A stretch of DNA of 24,000 nt. It comes from an uncultured Planctomycetaceae bacterium (lineage in GTDB: Bacteria > Planctomycetota > Planctomycetia > Pirellulales > Lacipirellulaceae). The stretch lies in contig CALALR010000040.1 of NCBI GenBank assembly GCA_937925545.1, positions 125,258-149,257 of the forward strand, written 5' to 3'. This document shows positions 14,456-21,878 of the stretch, one piece after another (the first letter of the stretch is position 1; every line of letters begins with the position of its first letter). The notes beneath the pieces are model-generated. The model saw only the letters and a program-made list of their open reading frames with translations, was not told where the DNA came from and made no database searches. Made by a program: the position numbers and the translations under genes.

Positions 14456-17439
14456 GTTACCACCAGATCTCGGCTGGGGCTATCGAGGAGATGCCGAAGT
14501 TCGGGCATTAATCCGTAAGCCAATGCGAGGATTTTCACTGGGTGGATGGTTGGCTTTGTCGTGCTTTGCTCCATTTGGATCTTGCATGTGCTGCACTCCG
14601 TAGTCCCTGCTGTAAAGTGGCCTGTGCGCATCGCGGTAATCAGAGGCAAGCCAGCTCGCAGACTTTCGCGGTAGTTCTCCCTTTGAAATCCGTACATTCC
14701 AGCAATCCCGCTACATCCTTTCTCGATATGTTGGATATCGATGCCGGGAATCAGTCTCAATAAGTGGGGAGTTGGTGTGCCAATCCCCAAGGCTTTTAGA
14801 TGACATGGAACATGGTAGCCAAGTGAATTTTCTAGCCTGTCGAAATTCAAAAGTAACTTTCCCTTCTGATGAAGTCGCCAGAGATAATGGCAGGCTTCAT
14901 ACGTGTTCTGTGAAACCATTACGGCATCTTGATCATCAGGCAGAAGTTGCAAATACTCGTGAGTCAACGCTAGAACTGCAGACGGCTCCGTCGCGACGAT
15001 GGTGTATCCTTGGCGAATTGCCTCGGCCATCAAAGCCACATTTTCCTCAGCAACTTTGCGTGCCAGGCTTAGCTTGCCTTGAGCGATGGCAGGCATGCCA
15101 GACTCGTGTTGCCGAGGAGGGACGTACACTGGTACTCCATTGTGCTCCAGGACTGCCACAAACGCCTCGGCCAGTTGATTGTCGCAATAGTTGGCGTAGG
15201 TATCAACGAAATAAAGAACTTTCTCCAATCCATGCTTTTCGGGCAATTGGATGACCTGTTGAGAAGTAGATTGGAGGTACGAAGATTGCCTAAAGCGAGG
15301 TAGCTTTCGATGGCGTGATATACCCAACACTTTTTCAATCACCCACCGGGCGAATTGATTGCCTACCGCCCAGTTTGCAATCCGCTCATATCGCGAACCA
15401 TAGTAGCAGAGTTTGTCTACATGACTCATGAACCAGTTGTGTAAAGATTCCCCGTTCGTTGCCAGATAGGAGGCTTTTGCCTCGACCATAAGTTTGGGAA
15501 TGTTCACATTTGCTGGACACTCAAGCCGACACATGTGGCAGTGGACACATAAATCTGCGATCTCTTTACACGCACTTTCGAGTAGAATATCGGAGGGTAG
15601 TTCGCCCGTCAGGACACCCCTGGCCAGATTTGCCTTCGCGCGAGGTGAAGCCTCTTCGCGAGGAGCAAACCGAAAGATGGGGCACATCCGTGAGTCTTCC
15701 GAGGAGGTGCGGCATGCTCCACAACCGTTGCAAGTTCGGGCAGCGTGGGCCATTTCTTCTGGTTGCCAGGCCAATTGCAGTTCGATTCGTGGCGGCTTGG
15801 GTGAGTCTTCCGCCGGTGTATCCGATGCCGGTGTGAAAACCGAATCCAATAACGGATAACGCACATGCCGTAGATTGCTGGTCAAACCGCGAACCTCTGT
15901 GGGAACGATCTTTCCGGGATTCAGCAGATAGTTTGGATCGAAGAGTTGCTTCACTTCCCGAAATGCGGATGCCAAGGGTCCGAATTGTCGGGCAACGAAC
16001 GGCGTGCGACTTAGTCCATCGCCGTGCTCGCCGCTGATCGTGCCCCCCACGCGCCACACTTCTTCATAAAGTTGATCTGCCAGAAGATCCATCCTGCTGA
16101 TGTCCTCTGAGTTGGCAAGATCGAGAAAAGGACGAAAATGCAATTGGCCATGTCCCACATGTCCAAAAAGTGAAGTCGTTGTCTGCTCTTGCCTGAAGAT
16201 TTGCTGCGCTCGGGGCAAGAACTCGGGCAAGCTCTCCGGTGGGACGGCTATGTCTTCTACAAAGGGTAACGGTCGGGTAAGTCCTCTCAAGCGGTACAAC
16301 GTGGGAGTGTAATGCCGGGCAAGTTGCCATAAAAGTTCGTGATCGAGACTGTCGGCCGCTATGTATGCTCCCGCAGCTAGCCGCAATTTGTCTTTCACCA
16401 GAGCGACCGTCTGGGCAAGCCGTGCATAGACTTCATCCAAGGTGTCTGCCTGGAATTCAACCAGGAGTACTGCCTCAGCTTCGACGGGAATGAGAAACTC
16501 ATAGCGGGGGTCGCTCTCTCGGGCAATGCTCAAGTGGCGGCGGTCCATAAGATCGCAGGCACTTGGCCCCAGTTCTGCCAGTTCGAGTGTGGCGTGTGCT
16601 GCTTTATCCAGAGATTCGAAATAAAGCAACACACTACTCGCGTGCTCCGGCAGGGGCAGTGTTTTGAGTGTGACTTCAGTGACCAGTCCCAGAGTTCCTT
16701 CGCTGCCGACCATCAACTTTGCCAGATCGAGTTGTGAACCACCGAAATCAGGGTGCCGCAATTCGCCGAGTTGGTATCCACTACAATTCACTCGACTTTT
16801 GGGCAAATGGGTACGCAACGCCTCGTCATTTTCCTCTAGGATCTCCGAGAGACTAGCGACTAATTGCTCCGCCTCGGTTTCGGGCTCCTTCAAAGGAACA
16901 TCATGTCTGGCGAATTCCCTAACCTGGCCATCGGCCATGACAACCTGCATTGACTCAACATAGCGTCGAGTTGATCCAACCACAGGCCAATGGCTTCCCG
17001 AAGCATCGAGCGCGACCATGCTGCCAATGGTCGTTACTTGTTTGGTGGCGGGGTCTGGTCCGAAATATTTTCCTCGACCAGCGAGGTGGCGGTTGAGATC
17101 GTCGAGAACAACGCCTGCTTCAACTCGCACGGTGTCTTCGCCCACTTTCAGCACTCTGTGCAGGTAGCGAGAAAAATCCACCACCAGCCCACGGCCTAAG
17201 GCACCTCCAGCGAGTCCCGAACCACTCCCCCGAGCATGAAGTGAAATCTCGTTGGCAGCAGCATACCGCACGGTCGCTACGACATCGTCCACACTGCGTG
17301 GCCGCACAACGCCGAGTGGAGGGATTTCGTAAATGCTCCCGTCGCTAGCATAGAGCTGCACGAAGAGATCGTCGCAATGGACGTCGCCCGCAATCTGCCC
17401 CCGCAAATCTTCTTGGATCCGCTGCCTTTCGACTTCCAT
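14452..17439 (-). CDS. FAD-binding and (Fe-S)-binding oxidoreductase, GlcD-GlcF fusion type (YdiJ family)
   Basis: 995 aa with an ATG start. It has an N-terminal PCMH-type FAD domain (VVRPRSVDDVVATVRYAAANEISLHARGSGSGLAGG), an FAD-oxidase C domain (GTISGEHGDGL) and two ferredoxin-type Cys clusters (CNGCGACRTSSEDSRMCP; CVHCHMCRLECPANVNIP). Two CCG-type Cys-rich repeats follow (YFVDTYANYCD.., YHVPCHLKALG.., EKGCSGIAG). Confidence 0.92.
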   Translation of the reverse strand: MEVERQRIQEDLRGQIAGDVHCDDLFVQLYASDGSIYEIPPLGVVRPRSVDDVVATVRYAAANEISLHARGSGSGLAGGALGRGLVVDFSRYLHRVLKVGEDTVRVEAGVVLDDLNRHLAGRGKYFGPDPATKQVTTIGSMVALDASGSHWPVVGSTRRYVESMQVVMADGQVREFARHDVPLKEPETEAEQLVASLSEILEENDEALRTHLPKSRVNCSGYQLGELRHPDFGGSQLDLAKLMVGSEGTLGLVTEVTLKTLPLPEHASSVLLYFESLDKAAHATLELAELGPSACDLMDRRHLSIARESDPRYEFLIPVEAEAVLLVEFQADTLDEVYARLAQTVALVKDKLRLAAGAYIAADSLDHELLWQLARHYTPTLYRLRGLTRPLPFVEDIAVPPESLPEFLPRAQQIFRQEQTTTSLFGHVGHGQLHFRPFLDLANSEDISRMDLLADQLYEEVWRVGGTISGEHGDGLSRTPFVARQFGPLASAFREVKQLFDPNYLLNPGKIVPTEVRGLTSNLRHVRYPLLDSVFTPASDTPAEDSPKPPRIELQLAWQPEEMAHAARTCNGCGACRTSSEDSRMCPIFRFAPREEASPRAKANLARGVLTGELPSDILLESACKEIADLCVHCHMCRLECPANVNIPKLMVEAKASYLATNGESLHNWFMSHVDKLCYYGSRYERIANWAVGNQFARWVIEKVLGISRHRKLPRFRQSSYLQSTSQQVIQLPEKHGLEKVLYFVDTYANYCDNQLAEAFVAVLEHNGVPVYVPPRQHESGMPAIAQGKLSLARKVAEENVALMAEAIRQGYTIVATEPSAVLALTHEYLQLLPDDQDAVMVSQNTYEACHYLWRLHQKGKLLLNFDRLENSLGYHVPCHLKALGIGTPTPHLLRLIPGIDIQHIEKGCSGIAGMYGFQRENYRESLRAGLPLITAMRTGHFTAGTTECSTCKIQMEQSTTKPTIHPVKILALAYGLMPELRHLLDSPSRDLVVT

Positions 17440-17502
17440 GGTGCGTGATACCTATTGAATTGCGGGTTGGTTCGGGTGCGAACTCGAGGGAGGTTCGGTC
17501 AC
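17440..17502 (-). promoter_or_regulatory. Intercistronic spacer with alternative hairpins and an ACCAACCC leader motif
   Basis: The arm at 17479-17483 can pair with either 17470-17474 (4-nt loop) or 17493-17497 (9-nt loop); in + strand letters this is GTTCG/CGAAC/GTTCG. The minus-strand 8-mer ACCAACCC (17471-17464) lies 24 nt upstream of the ATG at 17439. Confidence 0.3.
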
Positions 17503-17985
17503 TTATACAGGAGGCGCCGCATGCCGTTGTGTTTCGGCAAGTCGTGCCTGAAGTTGCCGATAGCGCTCATGCGTTTCCAGGTCGAAGTTTCCATGGGAAT
17601 CCATCTCCGCCACTCCGCGATATTGGGCCTGGCACCGGTAGCACATCAGTGCATCTCCGACCAATGTGTATAGCAGCACGTCAACGAGAGCCGTGGCAAA
17701 CAGGATTCCGAATGTCCAGGGCAAGTTGGCGTAGTACCAGGCAATCGAGCTCCCCACGATTCCTATGGCTACGATGAGCACACCCAGACGCTGAGGAAAA
17801 TCCTTGCGGACAAACAGGTCGGTACTGGGACAGACCAAACATCGCCGTACTCGATTTTCCTCCACCGCGTCGGTCGGCACTGTGAGTTGCTGCTGGCAAT
17901 GGGGACATGTTAGTTCTCGAGTCGCGGCATCGAAGTTGGACCGCACCGGGGCTGCGCAGGCTGGGCACGCGTAAGTCACATTCAC
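17503..17985 (-). CDS. Membrane protein with N-terminal zinc ribbon and a second CxxC..CxxC pair split by a TM hairpin
   Basis: 160 aa with a GTG start. It has CPAC..(16 aa)..CPHC, then CLVCPS, two hydrophobic helices (LGVLIVAIGIVGSSIAWYY; WTFGILFATALVDVLLYTLVG), then CYRC. No family recognised. Confidence 0.6.
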   Translation of the reverse strand: MNVTYACPACAAPVRSNFDAATRELTCPHCQQQLTVPTDAVEENRVRRCLVCPSTDLFVRKDFPQRLGVLIVAIGIVGSSIAWYYANLPWTFGILFATALVDVLLYTLVGDALMCYRCQAQYRGVAEMDSHGNFDLETHERYRQLQARLAETQRHAAPPV

Positions 17986-18039
17986 GGCAATTCTCTTCCT
18001 AGGGTTGGTCGCTAAACCGCACGTCGGCGGTATTCCTCA
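17986..18039 (-). promoter_or_regulatory. Intercistronic spacer: GC hairpin plus ACCAACCC leader motif
   Basis: On the minus strand: stop TGA, then hairpin ACCGC-CGACGT-GCGGT (18031-18016), then TTAGCGACCAACCCTAGG. The ACCAACCC 8-mer sits at 18009-18002, 16 nt upstream of the GTG at 17985. Confidence 0.3.
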
Positions 18040-18873
18040 TTATAGAGGAAAGAGCGACTGGGCAGACAGTAGCAGAGCCATGGTTTCACCGACAAACGTG
18101 CCGATGACCGCAACGTAAAGAATCCCCGTCGCGCTCTGGGTATTGGGAATTTTGAGCGTCTGCCACGCCATCCAGGCCAGCACGGCGACCCCCACGAGCC
18201 CAAACGACCATCGCAACAGGAGAAACAGCCACCATTGTGTTGAGATTTCTTGAGCGTATTCCAGTTCGCCCCAAAGGCTGAGCGCGGAGAAAATCATTTG
18301 AAGCGCGACGGCCACTCCCATTGCCAGGATCAGTCGCCGCAGTGGGGCAAGTTCCATCGTGGGGGTATTCAGATACCAATGCCCTAACAACATCGCGGCC
18401 ATCGTCATGCCCAGGAGTAAGCCGGATGTCGATGTCGCGACAAGAGCAGCGCCGGTGGCAAACATAAAATCGGGCGACGGAAATATTTCGTGGCTGCTAT
18501 CGTGGTAGAGATCGGAATAATTCTGCCTGAAACTAATATCCTGTCGTTTCACTTGATGAATCTGAGTAACTTGAGAAAGCGCTCCTGCTAAACTTGCCAG
18601 CAAAACGGTCCCAAGCAGCACCTTGCCGGCTAGAGGCATTTCGTACAGCCAAAACACCGAACCTACGTAACTTAGCACAGCGGCTGCCAAGCAAAACCAG
18701 AAAACACCTGGAACAGCCGCATAACTCACCATTGCTGCAAGTGTCGCCAGCCCTAACGTCACATACATGTGATTGCGAAAGTAACCGCTGGTAACTTGGC
18801 GAGACGAGGTGATTGCCATCCCAGCGGCCAGCCCGAAACAGAGTCGCAGCAGGAATTGAATGAGCAAATTCAT
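18040..18873 (-). CDS. Polytopic integral membrane protein (about 8 TM helices), unknown function
   Basis: There are eight hydrophobic segments with a roughly 35-aa polar loop after TM4. The track start at 18921 is a GTG inside the palindromic element. The ATG at 18873 (MNLLIQFLLRL..) is more plausible and gives 277 aa. Conserved-looking His residues occur in FRNHMYV and LLGHWYLNTP. Confidence 0.65.
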   Translation of the reverse strand: MNLLIQFLLRLCFGLAAGMAITSSRQVTSGYFRNHMYVTLGLATLAAMVSYAAVPGVFWFCLAAAVLSYVGSVFWLYEMPLAGKVLLGTVLLASLAGALSQVTQIHQVKRQDISFRQNYSDLYHDSSHEIFPSPDFMFATGAALVATSTSGLLLGMTMAAMLLGHWYLNTPTMELAPLRRLILAMGVAVALQMIFSALSLWGELEYAQEISTQWWLFLLLRWSFGLVGVAVLAWMAWQTLKIPNTQSATGILYVAVIGTFVGETMALLLSAQSLFPL

Positions 18874-18909
18874 TGAGCTACGAGTCGCAAAAAATTGAAC
18901 ATAGCACTC

Positions 18910-18977
18910 AGCCGGAGGCACACTTGCCTCCGGGACATCACAGAGAGGGGTTCCCGGAGGCAGGTGTGCCTCCGGCT
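18910..18977. repeat. Nested palindrome: two 26-nt inverted arms, each itself a 9-bp hairpin
   Basis: Arm 1 is AGCCGGAGGCACACTTGCCTCCGGGA (18910-18935). Arm 2 is TCCCGGAGGCAGGTGTGCCTCCGGCT (18952-18977). The reverse complement of arm 2 differs from arm 1 at one base, which lies in the loop. Each arm folds as CCGGAGGCA-NNNN-TGCCTCCGG (18912-18933 and 18954-18975). The element begins 8 nt after the folE stop. Confidence 0.85.
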
Positions 18978-18984
18978 AGTACAA

Positions 18985-19608
18985 TCATCGCCGATCACCA
19001 TAGATGAGTGTCATCACCTCCGAGCGACTCGAGAGATTCGTGCGGAACAGGCCCTTCATCGCCGAAGTCACGCACATGCTCTCCGGCTTGCGAATGCCGC
19101 GGATCGCCATGCAGGAGTGCGATGCCTCGATCACCACGGCGACTCCTTTGACTTCCAATTCCTGAATCAACAGGTCAGCAATCTGCTCGGTCATGCGTTC
19201 TTGCACCTGGGGACGATGAGAGACTTCCTCGACCACTCGGGCCAACTTGCTCAGTCCGACCACTTTGCCATTTGGCACATAGCCGATATGTGCCTTGCCG
19301 ATGAAGGGGAGCATATGATGCTCGCACATGCTGTTGAAAGCGATGTCTTTCACCAGCACCATTTCATCGTATTTCTCGGTGAAGAACTTCTGCAAATGGA
19401 TCTTGGGGTCCGTATGCAAGCCGCTGAATAATTCGGCGTACATGCGGGCCACCCTCGCCGGAGTCTCCCGCAAACCCTCACGCTCAGGGTCTTCTCCCAC
19501 TGCTGAGAGGATCTCGCGGACAGCTCGTTCGATGCGAGGCAAATCTACCACAGAGGACTCGCAAGTGAAGTCTTCGTCGGTCACGCAGTTAGAGATGGAG
19601 GTACTCAT
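18985..19608 (-). CDS. folE: GTP cyclohydrolase I (FolE type)
   Basis: Blocks: [44 protein letters not shown] and [15 protein letters not shown]. The track start at 19692 is GTG. The ATG at 19608 (MSTSISNC..) gives a typical 207 aa. Confidence 0.95.
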   Translation of the reverse strand: MSTSISNCVTDEDFTCESSVVDLPRIERAVREILSAVGEDPEREGLRETPARVARMYAELFSGLHTDPKIHLQKFFTEKYDEMVLVKDIAFNSMCEHHMLPFIGKAHIGYVPNGKVVGLSKLARVVEEVSHRPQVQERMTEQIADLLIQELEVKGVAVVIEASHSCMAIRGIRKPESMCVTSAMKGLFRTNLSSRSEVMTLIYGDRR

Positions 19609-19702
19609 GATGATTCTACCCGAAAGATCAAACGGCCTACAAAACCTTGATGGTATGTTCCCAGCAGGGAAATCGTCAACTAACTGTTGCACTTAACAAG
19701 CT

Positions 19703-20416
19703 TCAGTTAGAGCTGAAAGGGGGGAGCGTGTTGAATAATCTCCGGTGGCGTGCCGACCGCCCGGGGTTTGCTGACTCGAGTGCTGTCAGCAATAAGGTTG
19801 CTCTTTTGTCGATATCACATTCGCCCAATAAATCGCGTTTTTCTTGAAAGTCCATCGGCAAGGCAAAACTAACCAAATCGGTGAGCACCCCCAGAGGAAT
19901 TTCTGAGGCCAAGATTTCCTTCAAGGCCTTATCCATCGATTTTCCTTGCGGAAGGAAATCTTGAAATTGTCTAGTGAGCATCGCTTGGAGATCAGAACGC
20001 TTATCGTCGTTGCCCGCCTTGTAGAAGTCGTCGAGCAAAGTGACCTCTGCTTGACGAAAGCTTCGCGTTGAGGGTAATTCGCGCTCAATGCGTATCCGCC
20101 GCATACCCAGCAGTAAAATATTGTACTCACCGTTATCAGTCCGTTGGTGCGTAACGACTTTTCCTAGGCAAGCGTGTGGCAAGAGCGGTGGATTACCCTC
20201 ATAGTCGGATTCCCAACCGGGGGCAAAAAGACACATCGCGATCAAGCCGTCGCTATCCAGGGCATCGTTCAACAGATCTCGATATCGTGGTTCAAAAATT
20301 CGCAATGGCTGAATGACATGAGGAAACATGATCAAGTCCGGCAGCGGAAACAATCGCACCGTCCCTTTGAAACGAGTCTCGTCAAAAACCAGGTCTTCTG
20401 CATTCCAAGGAACCAT
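19703..20416 (-). CDS. Stand-alone LON substrate-binding (Lon N-terminal, PUA-like) domain protein
   Basis: 237 aa with an ATG start. VRLFPLPDLIMFPHVIQPLRIFEPRYRDLLNDAL is the characteristic Lon N-domain opening. There is no AAA+ or protease domain. Confidence 0.85.
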   Translation of the reverse strand: MVPWNAEDLVFDETRFKGTVRLFPLPDLIMFPHVIQPLRIFEPRYRDLLNDALDSDGLIAMCLFAPGWESDYEGNPPLLPHACLGKVVTHQRTDNGEYNILLLGMRRIRIERELPSTRSFRQAEVTLLDDFYKAGNDDKRSDLQAMLTRQFQDFLPQGKSMDKALKEILASEIPLGVLTDLVSFALPMDFQEKRDLLGECDIDKRATLLLTALESANPGRSARHRRLFNTLPPFSSN

Positions 20417-20465
20417 AGTGCTTACTTCTTTCGCGGGATTATTGCTACAGGATGAAAATGCTCTG

Positions 20466-20879
20466 TCAGGCTTTCGTCGCTGAAGGCTGTAAATGTATCT
20501 CAGGAATCAAATCCGGGACAATCTCAAGTTGGGGGTACTCCTCGTCGCTAGCCAAAACTTCCGCAAAACACTCGGCATACTGCTTGCGGAAGGCATCCAA
20601 GTCGAGCCCCATATAAATCGCAGGATATTCGTTCAGGTAGTTAAGGCTGGTAAGGTAAACCTTCTTCGCTCCGCGAATATTTCCGTTTCCGAAATGATGC
20701 AGGGCAACGGCCACCTGAATCAACCCCTGATAAAACTTGCGGGCAGGGCCCCGATACTCGGTCCACAATTCCTCCCAGGTTTCGTGCGCCTCGAAGAAAT
20801 CGCAGACATTGAAATGCTCGATTCCGGCCAGATAGAGCGGATCGTAGCTATGACAATCGCTGGCTATCTCGTCGGCCAT
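20466..20879 (-). CDS. DUF309 domain protein
   Basis: 137 aa, ATG preceded by GGAG. It has the DUF309-like pattern FNVCDFFEAHETWEELW ... GLIQVAVALHHFGNGNIRGA. Confidence 0.8.
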   Translation of the reverse strand: MADEIASDCHSYDPLYLAGIEHFNVCDFFEAHETWEELWTEYRGPARKFYQGLIQVAVALHHFGNGNIRGAKKVYLTSLNYLNEYPAIYMGLDLDAFRKQYAECFAEVLASDEEYPQLEIVPDLIPEIHLQPSATKA

Positions 20880-20926
20880 GTGTTCTCCGCAGGTGGGATG
20901 ATGCGAGGGAGGGCGTACTACGAGTG

Positions 20927-20956
20927 ATTATATGCGAGTTTTTGCTTCAGGGCCAA
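20927..20956 (-). promoter_or_regulatory. Candidate promoter at the head of the long minus-strand gene run
   Basis: On the minus strand, TTGGCC (20956-20951), an 18-nt spacer, then a perfect TATAAT (20932-20927), 47 nt upstream of the DUF309 ATG. Pattern match only. Confidence 0.3.
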
Positions 20957-21017
20957 CCGGGAGAGGTAATCTTTCTCAAGACTAGTAACGTTTGGTACTC
21001 GCTCTTTTGCCCAATCC

Positions 21018-21045
21018 TTGACAGTTCCCGCAGTGAACGGAAAAT
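21018..21045 (+). promoter_or_regulatory. Weak candidate promoter for nth
   Basis: TTGACA (21018-21023), a 16-nt spacer, then GAAAAT (21040-21045), about 120 nt upstream of ATG 21165. The -10 element is poor. Confidence 0.2.
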
Positions 21046-21164
21046 GAAGCCACGCTTCAAGGAAATCGGAGCAAAGCATTCTTGCACCGATATTTTCCGG
21101 AAAAGTACCATTTTTCTCGCTTTTTTTGCCAAGGTAGCGTCCCATCCCAATTCCACCGACTGCC

Positions 21165-21869
21165 ATGCCACCTCAACGTGTTACCAAGGCTGCTCGGCCC
21201 ACCAAGGGAGCGAAAAAATCGGTCCCATCCGCTGATCTCAAGCGTCATGCTGCCAAGATCGTGAGGAAATTGAACTCCGATTATCCAAATGCCGATTGCG
21301 CCCTCGTGCATCAGACGCCTTTTCAATTACTAGTGGCCACGATTCTCTCAGCCCAATGTACGGACGAAAGAGTCAACATGGTCTGCAAAGACCTGTTTCG
21401 CAAATACAAAAAGCCAGCCGACTTTGCCGCGGCTCCCATCGGTGAGCTTGAAACAGCTATTAAGAGTACGGGTTTCTTCCGCAACAAAGCCAAGAACATA
21501 AAAGCCTGTAGCAAAGATTTGGTAGATAAACATAACGGCCAGGTCCCGCAAGATTTGGAGTCCCTCGTAAGCCTCGCAGGGGTCGGGCGTAAAACGGCAA
21601 ATGTGGTACTTGGAACTGCTTTTGGGATCCCAACTGGTGTTGTCGTCGATACTCACGTCGGTCGGCTCAGCCTGCGGATGGGACTTACTAAACAAAAGGA
21701 TGCCGTGAAGGTCGAACTGGACCTGATGCAACTCATTCCGCAAGATGAATGGATTGGCTTTTCGCATCGAATGATTCTCCACGGCCGACAGGTCTGCTCA
21801 GCTCGGAAACCAGACTGCAACAATTGTTCTTTAGAAAAGATTTGTCCAAAGATCGGAGTAAGTTCATAA
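21165..21869 (+). CDS. nth: Endonuclease III (DNA glycosylase / AP lyase)
   Basis: HhH-GPD core (LLVATILSAQCTDERVN, LVSLAGVGRKTANVVLG, VDTHVGRL) and a C-terminal [4Fe-4S] cluster loop CSARKPDCNNCSLEKIC. It has a Lys-rich N-terminal extension of about 30 aa. Confidence 0.95.
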   Translation: MPPQRVTKAARPTKGAKKSVPSADLKRHAAKIVRKLNSDYPNADCALVHQTPFQLLVATILSAQCTDERVNMVCKDLFRKYKKPADFAAAPIGELETAIKSTGFFRNKAKNIKACSKDLVDKHNGQVPQDLESLVSLAGVGRKTANVVLGTAFGIPTGVVVDTHVGRLSLRMGLTKQKDAVKVELDLMQLIPQDEWIGFSHRMILHGRQVCSARKPDCNNCSLEKICPKIGVSS

Positions 21870-21878
21870 GTGCCGTTT

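Noticed and set aside
14772-16057. Several 85-163-aa ORFs on both strands inside the FAD/Fe-S gene
   Set aside because: They lie entirely within a 995-aa ORF whose domain architecture is continuous, and none has a recognisable motif.
17440-17502. Moco riboswitch upstream of the moa-containing operon, or a THF riboswitch upstream of folE (19609-19702)
   Set aside because: The spacers are only 63 and 94 nt and show none of the conserved cores I know for these riboswitch classes. An Rfam scan would be the decisive test.
18895-19431. 178-aa + strand ORF opposite folE
   Set aside because: It is a shadow ORF. It starts inside the palindromic repeat and runs antisense to the conserved folE core.
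20918-21326. Cluster of 60-103-aa ORFs in and around the DUF309/nth divergent spacer
   Set aside because: They are mutually overlapping on both strands in a relatively AT-rich promoter region. None has a motif or RBS, and some run into the nth coding sequence out of frame.
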